From positions 1 through 52,553 of the forward strand of contig CAZWMJ010000005.1 of the NCBI GenBank assembly GCA_964635045.1: a DNA stretch of 52,553 nucleotides, read 5' to 3'. Below are positions 25,569-33,950 of the stretch, piece after piece; position 1 is the stretch's first letter, and every line of letters begins with the position of its first letter. A program made the translations under genes and the position numbers. This DNA is from an uncultured Gammaproteobacteria bacterium. Its GTDB lineage: Bacteria; Patescibacteriota; Microgenomatia; Levybacterales; UBA12049. The notes below the pieces were generated by a model, which did not search any database, was not told the origin of the DNA, and was given only the letters and a program-made list of their open reading frames with translations.

Positions 25569-26066
25569 CTACTTAATATTGGCGAGTAACTCATCAGTTT
25601 TACCACCGTTCCATTTGGTTACTTCTTTTCCAAGGCCATCTATCTGGACGAATGTGTGCTGATAAGTGATTGCGTATTTTTTGGCAAGCTCCTTTTCTTC
25701 CTGATCAGTGTCAGTATCATTATAATTGACTCTAATAACTGTTACATCAGCTGGGATCTTACTCGAGTTCGCCGTAAGGTCGGCATCAGCTGGTTTACAG
25801 ATTGGGCACCAATTAGCGTAAAAATATAAGACCCTGCGCTTATTAGCTGATCCGTCAAGTACCCCCTTTGAGTACTCAACATAGCGTGAACTATCTTTTT
25901 TCATCATGACATCATCCTGCTTTGTAGTATTTCCCTTTTCCATGGTAGCTTTTTCCTGCTCCATTTTTACTTTTTCAGCCTGTTGAGAATTCTGATTTGC
26001 TATAAACAACCCTCCCACAACCAGAACTAAAACGACAACGCCTGCAATTATGATTCCTTTATTCAT
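25569..26066 (-). CDS. membrane-anchored thioredoxin-family protein
   Basis: YFYANWCPIC (CxxC) and ITYQHTFV; N-terminal TM. Confidence 0.9.
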   Translation of the reverse strand: MNKGIIIAGVVVLVLVVGGLFIANQNSQQAEKVKMEQEKATMEKGNTTKQDDVMMKKDSSRYVEYSKGVLDGSANKRRVLYFYANWCPICKPADADLTANSSKIPADVTVIRVNYNDTDTDQEEKELAKKYAITYQHTFVQIDGLGKEVTKWNGGKTDELLANIK

Positions 26067-26090
26067 TTATTTTTCACCCCCCCTCTCATA

Positions 26091-26456
26091 TTAATGTTTG
26101 ATATGCCCATAAATCAGTCCGAGTATCTTAGCTAATAAACCAATACAAAGCGAAATAACAAGAAAAGGATCAACCTCTCCTTTGAAACTTTGAAAAATAA
26201 CACCGAAGGTAAGTGTTGCAATAACAGCGAAATATGCAAACCGAGACGCAATGAATTTATGGAATTGTTCTCTTTCATCACCAGGTGTCTCTTTCCATAA
26301 AGCGGCGGCGAAAATAATAAATAGAACAACCAAGAACGGAACCATAAATGGATGGAGGGACTGTGGCATTAGGAGGTCAAGCGGATTTATAAAAAAGACT
26401 AGCAGTCCAATAAGGGCAAGCGAGATGATTATTTCACCGATAAATTTATTCTTCAT
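26091..26456 (-). CDS. small membrane protein (4 TM)
   Basis: Hydrophobic segments, DEREQFH motif, directly after the XRE regulator; start moved to ATG 26456. Confidence 0.7.
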   Translation of the reverse strand: MKNKFIGEIIISLALIGLLVFFINPLDLLMPQSLHPFMVPFLVVLFIIFAAALWKETPGDEREQFHKFIASRFAYFAVIATLTFGVIFQSFKGEVDPFLVISLCIGLLAKILGLIYGHIKH

Positions 26457-26658
26457 ATTTATATATAAACACTTCCTCGACAGGTTTTTTAAAAGACCTG
26501 GCAATTTTCATACCAAGCAACAGTGAAGGGATATAATTTCCCTTTTCGATTGCAATGACTGTCTGCCTTGAAACACCTAGAGCTTTTGCGAATTCTTCCT
26601 GGGTAACATCTTTTTCTTTTCGCAGCTCTAAAACTCTGTTATTAACATGTTCTCTCAT
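26446..26658 (-). CDS. XRE-family HTH transcriptional regulator
   Basis: TQEEFAKALGVSRQTVIAIEKGNYIPSL; start moved to ATG 26658. Confidence 0.92.
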   Translation of the reverse strand: MREHVNNRVLELRKEKDVTQEEFAKALGVSRQTVIAIEKGNYIPSLLLGMKIARSFKKPVEEVFIYKYEE

Positions 26659-26667
26659 AATTCCGTA

Positions 26668-26732
26668 AATGTCAAGTAGATTTGACATTATTTTAGAAGG
26701 CGAGAGTGGCTTTGTCAAGTAGGATTTACATT
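26668..26732 (-). promoter_or_regulatory. promoter with two palindromic operators
   Basis: TTGACA (26718-26713), 17 nt, TAAAAT (26695-26690); operators AATGTCAA-GTAGAT-TTGACATT (26668-26689) and TGTCAA-GTAGGA-TTTACA (26713-26730). Confidence 0.75.
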
Positions 26733-26870
26733 TTAACACCCGGTTTTGATTAGCTTATAATTATTTATAAAACTCCGGCAAATTTTCCCGCTCCGGCTTG
26801 AACGGATAAACGGGGCTACTCAGCATAAAATATGTTGTAAAGTCTCATAATTTGGTATAATTGAATATAT

Positions 26871-26900
26871 GCGCTTGCGCTGAAGAGCAAAGCGATGAAG
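26871..26900 (-). repeat. tRNA-abutting repeat, empty allele
   Basis: Minus strand CTTCATCGCTTTGCTCTTCAGCGCAAGCGC; inverted partner at 26976-26997. Confidence 0.7.
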
Positions 26901-26972
26901 CGCCCATAGCTCAACGGATAGAGCAAGTCGGTTCTAACGATTAGGTTGGGGGTTCGAATCCCTCTGGGCGCG
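26900..26972 (+). tRNA. tRNA-Arg(TCT)
   Basis: GCGCCCA acceptor, AGTCG-GTTCTAA-CGATT; G at position 32. Confidence 0.9.
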
Positions 26973-27073
26973 CCTCACATTCGTTCGGCGCAAGCGCTTT
27001 ACATCTCTTTGTTTCATTGATATACTTTGTATTGGAAATTGGTAGTATTGGTATTTATTGGTAGTATTTTTTT

Positions 27074-27146
27074 GGTGGTTGTAGCTCAATGGTAGAGCGC
27101 AAGCTTGTGGAGCTTGATGTTGCGGGTTCGATCCCCGTCAGCCACC
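27074..27146 (+). tRNA. tRNA-His(GTG)
   Basis: G-1:C73 pair, GTGGTTG acceptor, CAAGC-TTGTGGA-GCTTG. Confidence 0.96.
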
Positions 27147-27212
27147 CATAAAGCAGAACAAGTTCGCTCATGGCTACAGCCTCACATGTAAAAACTACAT
27201 TCATTAGGATCC

Positions 27213-27316
27213 ATGCGAAGAGAAAAACAATTAAAAAGATGGTCGCGTGCTAAAAAAAAGCGTTGATTGCAGGAAACATAAATGAGCTTAAAAAATTAAG
27301 TAAAAGTAAACATTAG
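27213..27316 (+). pseudogene. frameshifted C-terminal remnant of a minimal GIY-YIG (UPF0213-like) gene
   Basis: MRREKQLKRWSRAKK, frameshift in the A-run at 27252-27259, then ALIAGNINELKKLSKSKH*. Confidence 0.7.
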
Positions 27317-27445
27317 CACGAGAGATATTCCTTAAAAGTGGCTACAATAGAAAACAGTTTAAGAAAATACTGAAGAATACAATAGAAATTTTAGGAACTC
27401 ATCTTAATATATATTTCTAAAGAAAAAGTATGATAGACTAAGTTT

Positions 27446-28459
27446 ATGGAACCAGATTCAGGAGGAGGGTTGTTCAGAAGCGCTAGAGAATTATTTGGTC
27501 GTTTTAGAAGAGGTAAACCTGCCCCGTCAGAACCATCAGTTGTTAATCAAGATATATTGCATACTGAAACCTGCAGAGAGGCTGTTGCTTTATGGGGAAG
27601 GTCCCTATTTCTTAATGCGGATAGGGCTGCTGCTAGACAAGCTAACTATGACGGTAGCATACTAGAAGCTGTTTATAAGGCAAAATTTTCCGATCAGCTT
27701 GGATCAGAAGGAACTCTAACAGGTATTCCTCAACAGATTATGGCAAGTAGAGATAAATCTGGTGGTGTAGAATCCTTTCATTTTACAATTCTTCAAGGAA
27801 ATGTGCCAGTTAATTACTCCGTAGTTAAAAGAAGGAATGAGTTTCATGCAAATATAGCATACGAATATCCAGATAGCCAAGTTTTTGTTATTGTAGGTAC
27901 AGACGCATCAGGTCAATTACGTTTTGATCAGCTTTCTGTAAAAAGCATACCCTCAATCGATAAACAATATAACAGTAGAGGTCTATCACTAGACATAAAC
28001 ACTTTTTCCTCTACCGATGAAGGAAAAGAAAAACCAATAATTCTAAAACAATTTTTAGGCGAATCTACAGCCGATGGTGTATTTTCCGGTAGAATTAAAG
28101 CCACAATGGAGTATGGAGCTGTAGGTCCAAATAGTGATGTTGAATTAATAGATGGTCAGGAAGTTTGTGCGGAAACCAACGGTCCATTTTGGGGAATTTA
28201 TTCAAGGAATCATGGAATTACCTTCAAACTAAATAGGGATTTGTCACATTGGCAGACTCCACTAGCTGAATTAAATCCTAAAAAGGATGCAGTATTGTTA
28301 AAAGGATCGACTGAAGGTCGTGCTATTAGCTTTCCGGTGAAGACAAGTATTACGAGCTATTTAGAAAAAGTTCTGAAACTTAAACCTGGAAGGTTTGATC
28401 TTGACCCAACTGCAATACCTGCTATTTCGTCTCCAAGCGCGCCTACATCTACTGGTTAA
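27446..28459 (+). CDS. hypothetical protein (337 aa)
   Basis: Long ORF; TAGACT 6 nt before the ATG; no family recognised. Confidence 0.7.
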   Translation: MEPDSGGGLFRSARELFGRFRRGKPAPSEPSVVNQDILHTETCREAVALWGRSLFLNADRAAARQANYDGSILEAVYKAKFSDQLGSEGTLTGIPQQIMASRDKSGGVESFHFTILQGNVPVNYSVVKRRNEFHANIAYEYPDSQVFVIVGTDASGQLRFDQLSVKSIPSIDKQYNSRGLSLDINTFSSTDEGKEKPIILKQFLGESTADGVFSGRIKATMEYGAVGPNSDVELIDGQEVCAETNGPFWGIYSRNHGITFKLNRDLSHWQTPLAELNPKKDAVLLKGSTEGRAISFPVKTSITSYLEKVLKLKPGRFDLDPTAIPAISSPSAPTSTG

Positions 28460-28461
28460 AA

Positions 28462-28686
28462 TTAACGATAAATTGCAATTTTACTGTACCTGGAAAGAGA
28501 TTCAATTGTTTCCTCCTGAGCTTGTTCTACCCTGTCATTTACTTGTTCTACCCTTTTATTTACTAACTCTACCTTCATTTCAACTGTGTCTAGTTGTTGT
28601 TTAACTCCTCGCAAATCCACTTTAATTGGCTTCAGTTTTTTCTCTATCAAATCACCAATTTGACCTAAAAGTTTTTTATCATCCAT
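28462..28686 (-). CDS. small coiled-coil hypothetical protein
   Basis: Heptad-like VELVNKRVEQVNDRVEQ; TAGTAT 6 nt before the ATG. Confidence 0.55.
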   Translation of the reverse strand: MDDKKLLGQIGDLIEKKLKPIKVDLRGVKQQLDTVEMKVELVNKRVEQVNDRVEQAQEETIESLSRYSKIAIYR

Positions 28687-28806
28687 ATTTTTATACTACA
28701 CTTTCTAACCTTGTTTTTCAATGGGTAAATTACTCCAAAATACTAACTTTCATTGATCTAGTTTGTCCTCTTGCGCCTTCGCATATTTTTTGCGTATGAT
28801 GAGAGG

Positions 28807-30087
28807 ATGAGACAGATTCTCCACCTTGACTTTGATTCATTTTTTGCCAGCGTTGAACAGCAATATAATGCTCATCTGCGCGGAAAACCAATCGGTGTTA
28901 CCGCCCAAAATGGCAGAACCTGCATTATCGCTTCCAGCCGCGAAGCAAAACTATTAGGGATTAAAACCGGCGCGCGCAGTTGGGAAGCAAAAAAGATATG
29001 TCCGGCAATCACTTTAATACCCGCTGATTTTCCCAAATATTGGGAAGTTAGCAAAAAATTTCTAGGTATTGCCAAAGACTACTCTTCTGATGTGGAACTG
29101 TTTTCCATAGATGAAGTATTCATGGATATTAGTAAAACCAGACATTTGTTTGGCGGTGTATCTGGCGTGGTTGCAAGAATAAAAAATCGGATCAGAAAAG
29201 AAATCGGCGAGTATATTACCGTGTCTGTCGGTATTTCCTATAACAAATTATTATCAAAAATGGCATCAGGACTTGCAAAACCCGCCCGCCATCGCAAGCA
29301 TGAGCTTGCTCAGGCGTTGCGGGCAGGACCAAATGGGGTGGTCGAAATTCAACCGGCAGATGTGGACAAAATTTATTCATCGGCAAAATTAACCGATGTT
29401 TGCGGTATTGGGGAACAAATAAAGACGCGGCTTAACAATATTGGGATTTATTTTCTTTGGCAATTGCGAGATACTCCCCTGCCGTTTCTTGTGACCGAGT
29501 TTGGCGCGGCGGAGGCGGCATTTTTAAAAAATATAGGATTGGCCATAGATAATTCCCCGATTATTCCTTACACACAAGCCCCGGAGGTAAAATCGGTCGG
29601 CAGAAACTACTGTCTGCCGAAAAATGAATATAACAAACAGATAATTTTACAAAATATCTATGAGCTTTGTGAGGAAGTGGCATTGAAATTAAGAAGGCTG
29701 AATAAAAAAGCCAGAACGGTGAGGGTATTTTTGAATGGTAGTCAAACTATTAGCGGGCAAAAGACCTACCAAGAGGCTTATGATAGCGGCCAAGATTTCT
29801 TCAGATTAATTAAACGTCAATTTAGTTTGAATGAAAAAGACTATGTCCGACAAATCAGTATTGGCGTTTCCAATTTGGAAGATGCAAACATAGGACAAAT
29901 TTCTCTTTTTGATTCTGTAAAGAGGAATAGGCGTTTATTATCTGCAGTTGACGCCATTAACGAACGCTTTGGCCACCATACCATCCGCAATGGTTTTTTA
30001 TTATACGCAGATAAGCTGACTACCGTCCCTAACGGCTATATGGCGGATAAATACGAACGCGCCAAACTGGCCCGGACTGCGCGATAG
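28807..30087 (+). CDS. dinB: DNA polymerase IV (Y family) with a 16-aa in-frame insertion
   Basis: HLDFDSFFASVEQ, SREAK, FSIDEVFMD and SVGISYNKLLSK motifs; start moved to ATG 28807. Confidence 0.93.
   Translation: MRQILHLDFDSFFASVEQQYNAHLRGKPIGVTAQNGRTCIIASSREAKLLGIKTGARSWEAKKICPAITLIPADFPKYWEVSKKFLGIAKDYSSDVELFSIDEVFMDISKTRHLFGGVSGVVARIKNRIRKEIGEYITVSVGISYNKLLSKMASGLAKPARHRKHELAQALRAGPNGVVEIQPADVDKIYSSAKLTDVCGIGEQIKTRLNNIGIYFLWQLRDTPLPFLVTEFGAAEAAFLKNIGLAIDNSPIIPYTQAPEVKSVGRNYCLPKNEYNKQIILQNIYELCEEVALKLRRLNKKARTVRVFLNGSQTISGQKTYQEAYDSGQDFFRLIKRQFSLNEKDYVRQISIGVSNLEDANIGQISLFDSVKRNRRLLSAVDAINERFGHHTIRNGFLLYADKLTTVPNGYMADKYERAKLARTAR
29281..29328. repeat. 48-bp palindromic insertion in dinB
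   Basis: cccgcccgccatcgcaagcatgagcttgctcaggcgttgcgggcagga encodes PARHRKHELAQALRAG inside the KPNG motif. Confidence 0.85.
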
Positions 30088-30094
30088 AGATAAA

Positions 30095-30904
30095 TCACAT
30101 TTCCGAGACAAAGGAAGCCTCTCGTATCACTTCACTATGTTTTTGCGATGGCAGCTTTAGAACATTGAGACACTCCTTGTCATGGCAAATATCTTTCGCC
30201 AGCATTATTCTATTTTTGGAGAGTGTTTGTTTTTCTTTTTCAGAAAGAGAAGTCAGCGCGGTAATTGGAGAAAGGCCCGATTTCTCAATCATATCTCTCA
30301 AAGAGTCTCCTGTCGGATAGTTCCAGCTAATTACTTTCATTCCCATACAAAGTGAGTAAGCAATAGCATCCTGGGTAATTTTGGTATTGGTTATAAGCCA
30401 CGCCTGATTCAAATTGTTTCGTTCGATAAGATCATTAAAGCGGGCTTTCGTATATAAAGCGACATGCACATTGGTTTTTGCGCCTGCCAAATTATGATAC
30501 TTTGCCTCAATCATTATTTTCTCACTATTTTTTTGGGCAACCACATCAACTTCATGCGTGATGCATTTTCCCTGCATGATGTTTCTGACAGAGGTTTGGT
30601 AGCCAAACGCAGTCAACAGACGACCTAAAAAATCCTCAAAAGGGTAGCCGGTTGGGCCAAGGGCCATGATGGCTTGTTTGAGGCTAAACTTGGCAGCAGT
30701 ATAAGGATGAGAACTCCGCCCTAAAAATTCCACAATATGACCGTAAATTTCCGAGGTGCTCACTCCCTCATAAAGTTTTGATTTGACGTGAGAGAGCACC
30801 TGATTTTGCAATTTTACCGGAACACCTGCCCGACGGATGCCGCTTATGATTTTTTCTTCGCTATAAGGCTGTCTTTCTCCATCGGCTTTGGTGACAAAAA
30901 CCAT
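30095..30904 (-). CDS. ATP-cone domain plus Mrr-like PD-(D/E)xK nuclease domain protein
   Basis: VTKADGERQPYSEEKI ATP-cone start; HEVDVVA..IEAKYH nuclease motif. Confidence 0.8.
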   Translation of the reverse strand: MVFVTKADGERQPYSEEKIISGIRRAGVPVKLQNQVLSHVKSKLYEGVSTSEIYGHIVEFLGRSSHPYTAAKFSLKQAIMALGPTGYPFEDFLGRLLTAFGYQTSVRNIMQGKCITHEVDVVAQKNSEKIMIEAKYHNLAGAKTNVHVALYTKARFNDLIERNNLNQAWLITNTKITQDAIAYSLCMGMKVISWNYPTGDSLRDMIEKSGLSPITALTSLSEKEKQTLSKNRIMLAKDICHDKECLNVLKLPSQKHSEVIREASFVSEM

Positions 30905-30919
30905 ATCACCTATAGTTTC

Positions 30920-33271
30920 TCACAAACTTTGAAAAAATAAAAGGTCGCTTTGCAGTACGTTTAATTGATTATTTGATAAATTGTGATCGTCATCCTGATA
31001 TAGTTTAAGCTGTGATTTTTTATTCATGCTCAATAAATCATTGAAAAGTTCAATTGACCATTGATACGGTACGGTTTGATCATCTGTGCCGTGATCTATT
31101 TGAACGGGTATTTTTATATCGCTAAGATACAAAAGAGGAGATAAGCTGGACCAAAGTTTAGGATTATCAGCTGGGCTGCCCAAAATTTTAAAGGTGGTGA
31201 AATAAGGATATGGTCTTTCTTTTGCCTCCGGAAGAAGTCCTAAATGAGATTTTTCAAACCACTTGATTGGGTCTGTAACCGGCGCCCACAGGACGGCGCC
31301 TCTTATTTTACCCACTAATTCGGGTTTTTTGCCCATTACTTCCAATACTTTTAAGGTCACTTCCCCGCCCATGGAATGCCCCCATAAATAAATCTTATTG
31401 GCGTTGGCATTTGATAAATTTCCAATTGAGGTTACAAGATTAAGTACATCGATAGGATAGGCAAACCGCATCAGCGCCGTGTCCACAACTTCCGACTGAC
31501 CGTTTCCCCGAAAATCCGGTTTTAAGACCATAAAGCCATTAGATGCAAACCAATCGGCAATAGTTTTATACGAGGAGACAGTGTCGTAGTTTTTGGGAGA
31601 AATATAGCCGTGATTTAACACGATTACCGGATAGCCTTCTTTGGGCATTTTCGTTTTGGGAATATTAAGAAGCGCGTAAAGCTTCAAGCCGTCAGACATA
31701 TAGGAAACTATGGAGGAAGAAAATAGTATGGACGGCGGAAGATCTTTTTCAACTTTAATTTCACTGCCAATATAGTCTCTATGCTGTAATGTTTCAATTG
31801 ATAAAGCAAATAGTTTTACCTGTGTCGGCTTCTTTTGCAGATGTAAATTTCTCTTTTCAAAAACTATAAAATCGTCGTGTTTAAAAATTTCTACATAATT
31901 TTTATCTTTCTTCAGTTTTTCGGCAATATCTTTTTGCGCATCGAGTGTCGGCTGAGCAAAAGAATCGTTAAGTAAAAACAAAATTATGTCCGCCCGATCT
32001 ATTCCCACAGGGATGGTAAAAATTTTTTGTCTGCGGGAAAGATGCGAGCCAAGATTATTTGTGGCGGCAATGCTGTAGCGCTTTGGAATGCCATCCAGAA
32101 ATTCGCTAATAACAGTCTTGTTTGGCAGGGGTTTAACGAACATATCAATGCTGGCATTTTTTGCTAAAGGCAATGGACCAAATAAATATGCTGAGAGAAT
32201 AGTAAAAAAGATTAAATATATATAAAAATAAAATTTGGGAATTTTAGGAAACAATTTTATAAGTTTTCTTACACCGAAAATAGCAGAGACAAAAATAAAA
32301 GGAGTAATGACTGCGCTATATTGGTAATAAATTTGATGAAGTTGAGTGTTGTTGCTAAGCAAATTAATTAATAAATCAGGCACGGCAAATGCTAAATATA
32401 AGGGGGATAAAAGCGAAACGAACCCCAAAGGTATAAAAAGTTGTTTTATATATTCAATTCTTCCATCCTCAAGAATTTTCAAAAAAATTTTATGAGGAGA
32501 TAGAGACACATTTTTAATTACTTCTATTGGTGAATTTCCAAATTCCGAATAGTAGGATAGCGCAAAATGCTGCCCGTTTGCATTTTGAGGGATTACAATA
32601 GATACCAAATAAAAGAATAAAGCTAGGAATGTAATTATTATTAATAATCCCAAAGTTTTCGTTCTTTTCGCTTTTTCAAAAAATAAAGGAATCCCAAAAA
32701 TAGAAGTTGCGATCCACACTTGCTCTTTTGTAATACCTGAAAGAATAAGAAAAGCAGTCATCAACAAATAATTCCGTTTTATCAAAAAATAAAAAGATGC
32801 CAGAAGAAGAGTTGTCGCTAGAGTAACCGCGTGAAAATCATATAAATTGGTGTATTGTAGCGCAGGACTCATTAGAAATAAAAAGCTAAATATTAATGCA
32901 AAATGTTTATTTTTGAGAATGCTCTTTGCTATTAAAAAAATGAAAATAGCTCCAAGGGCAAGAATAATAGTTTGTGTTAATAAAAGAGTTTTTGGGTGAG
33001 ACCACAACAGGTATAATGGAGATAATAAAATAAGCATGAAGTCTGCATGGGCAGATAATCTGGAAATTATAAGTCCGTTGTCGCTGAAGCTTTGGAAAAT
33101 CCTTCCGTTAACTGTATTCCATACCGTCTGATCCATATTTCCCAAGTCATAACGACCCGTATAAAAATTGTCATAGCGTAAAAAACTAGCAACTGTGAAA
33201 TAAGCTATATAAATACAGATTAATATTCCAAGAACAAATTCGTGTGATTTTATGAGGCTTTTAATTTTCAT
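30920..33271 (-). CDS. DUF2079 (GT-C-like) membrane domain fused to an alpha/beta hydrolase (S9-like)
   Basis: YDLGNMDQ, YDFHAV, KEQVW and YQYSA in the N-part; NHGY, WGHSMGG, DQTVP and DDHNL in the C-part. Confidence 0.8.
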   Translation of the reverse strand: MKIKSLIKSHEFVLGILICIYIAYFTVASFLRYDNFYTGRYDLGNMDQTVWNTVNGRIFQSFSDNGLIISRLSAHADFMLILLSPLYLLWSHPKTLLLTQTIILALGAIFIFLIAKSILKNKHFALIFSFLFLMSPALQYTNLYDFHAVTLATTLLLASFYFLIKRNYLLMTAFLILSGITKEQVWIATSIFGIPLFFEKAKRTKTLGLLIIITFLALFFYLVSIVIPQNANGQHFALSYYSEFGNSPIEVIKNVSLSPHKIFLKILEDGRIEYIKQLFIPLGFVSLLSPLYLAFAVPDLLINLLSNNTQLHQIYYQYSAVITPFIFVSAIFGVRKLIKLFPKIPKFYFYIYLIFFTILSAYLFGPLPLAKNASIDMFVKPLPNKTVISEFLDGIPKRYSIAATNNLGSHLSRRQKIFTIPVGIDRADIILFLLNDSFAQPTLDAQKDIAEKLKKDKNYVEIFKHDDFIVFEKRNLHLQKKPTQVKLFALSIETLQHRDYIGSEIKVEKDLPPSILFSSSIVSYMSDGLKLYALLNIPKTKMPKEGYPVIVLNHGYISPKNYDTVSSYKTIADWFASNGFMVLKPDFRGNGQSEVVDTALMRFAYPIDVLNLVTSIGNLSNANANKIYLWGHSMGGEVTLKVLEVMGKKPELVGKIRGAVLWAPVTDPIKWFEKSHLGLLPEAKERPYPYFTTFKILGSPADNPKLWSSLSPLLYLSDIKIPVQIDHGTDDQTVPYQWSIELFNDLLSMNKKSQLKLYQDDDHNLSNNQLNVLQSDLLFFQSL

Positions 33272-33274
33272 TAG

Positions 33275-33347
33275 TGAGCCGCCTCGGAGTCGAACCGAGA
33301 ACCTACTCCTTAAGAGGGAGTTGCTCTGCCAGTTGAGCTAGCGGCCC
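33275..33347 (-). tRNA. tRNA-Lys(CTT)
   Basis: GGGCCGC acceptor, ACTCC-CTCTTAA-GGAGT. Confidence 0.95.
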
Positions 33348-33422
33348 ATTCATTTGAGGAAATGAACGTTATTTAGTATACTATAAGAAACAAGTTTAGA
33401 GCAAGTGTATTTTAGATAAAGA

Positions 33423-33495
33423 GCGCCTGTAGCTCAACGGATAGAGCACCTCGCTTCGGACGAGGGGGTTGGGGGTTCGATTCCCTTCAGGCGCG
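33423..33495 (+). tRNA. tRNA-Arg(TCG)
   Basis: GCGCCTG acceptor, CCTCG-CTTCGGA-CGAGG. Confidence 0.93.
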
Positions 33496-33545
33496 CAAAA
33501 AATTTTGACAATATCTTTAATATCTGCTAGCATTTCAAAGCATAG

Positions 33546-33950
33546 ATGAGAAAAATACTTAGCAGTATTGTTATCAACGGAGCTGGATTATTCATTCTTT
33601 CACAAGCTGTTTCCGGAGTAATAATAACAGGCGGATTGCCGACATATATTTTTGGAGCCCTGACGCTGTCGGTGATGTCTTTTCTTCTTAAACCAATCTT
33701 AAACCTTTTAACTTTGCCGCTTAACCTTGTCACATTTGGAACTTTTTCATTTCTGACGAATGCCGCTATTTTATATCTATTAACTGTTTTTATACCTCAA
33801 ATCTCTATCAACGCATTTATTTTTAAGGGATTTTCCGCTTTCGGATTTGTAATTCCCGAAATTTCATTCAACACTTTTTTCGCGTACATAGTATCGTCAC
33901 TTGTTTTATCTGTTATCTTATCATTTATTCAGTGGTTGATTAAAAAATGA
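33546..33950 (+). CDS. 4-TM phage-holin-family (YvlD-like) membrane protein
   Basis: LKPILNLLTLPLNLVTFGTFSFLTNA motif. Confidence 0.85.
   Translation: MRKILSSIVINGAGLFILSQAVSGVIITGGLPTYIFGALTLSVMSFLLKPILNLLTLPLNLVTFGTFSFLTNAAILYLLTVFIPQISINAFIFKGFSAFGFVIPEISFNTFFAYIVSSLVLSVILSFIQWLIKK

Noticed and set aside
26770-26830. TPP riboswitch (CTGAG, CCCGT and ATCCG words on the minus strand)
   Set aside because: It lacks the ACCTGA junction and P1-P3 pairing, and no thiamine gene lies downstream.
27446-28686. Toxin-antitoxin pair
   Set aside because: The genes are convergent and neither has a toxin or DNA-binding motif.
28780-28794. SOS box CGCA-N7-TGCG in the dinB promoter
   Set aside because: The arms are only 4 bp and no copy was found upstream of uvrA or uvrC.
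33546-33950. Prophage suggested by the holin-family gene
   Set aside because: It sits among housekeeping genes (yvcK, secG); no integrase, terminase or structural genes are present.
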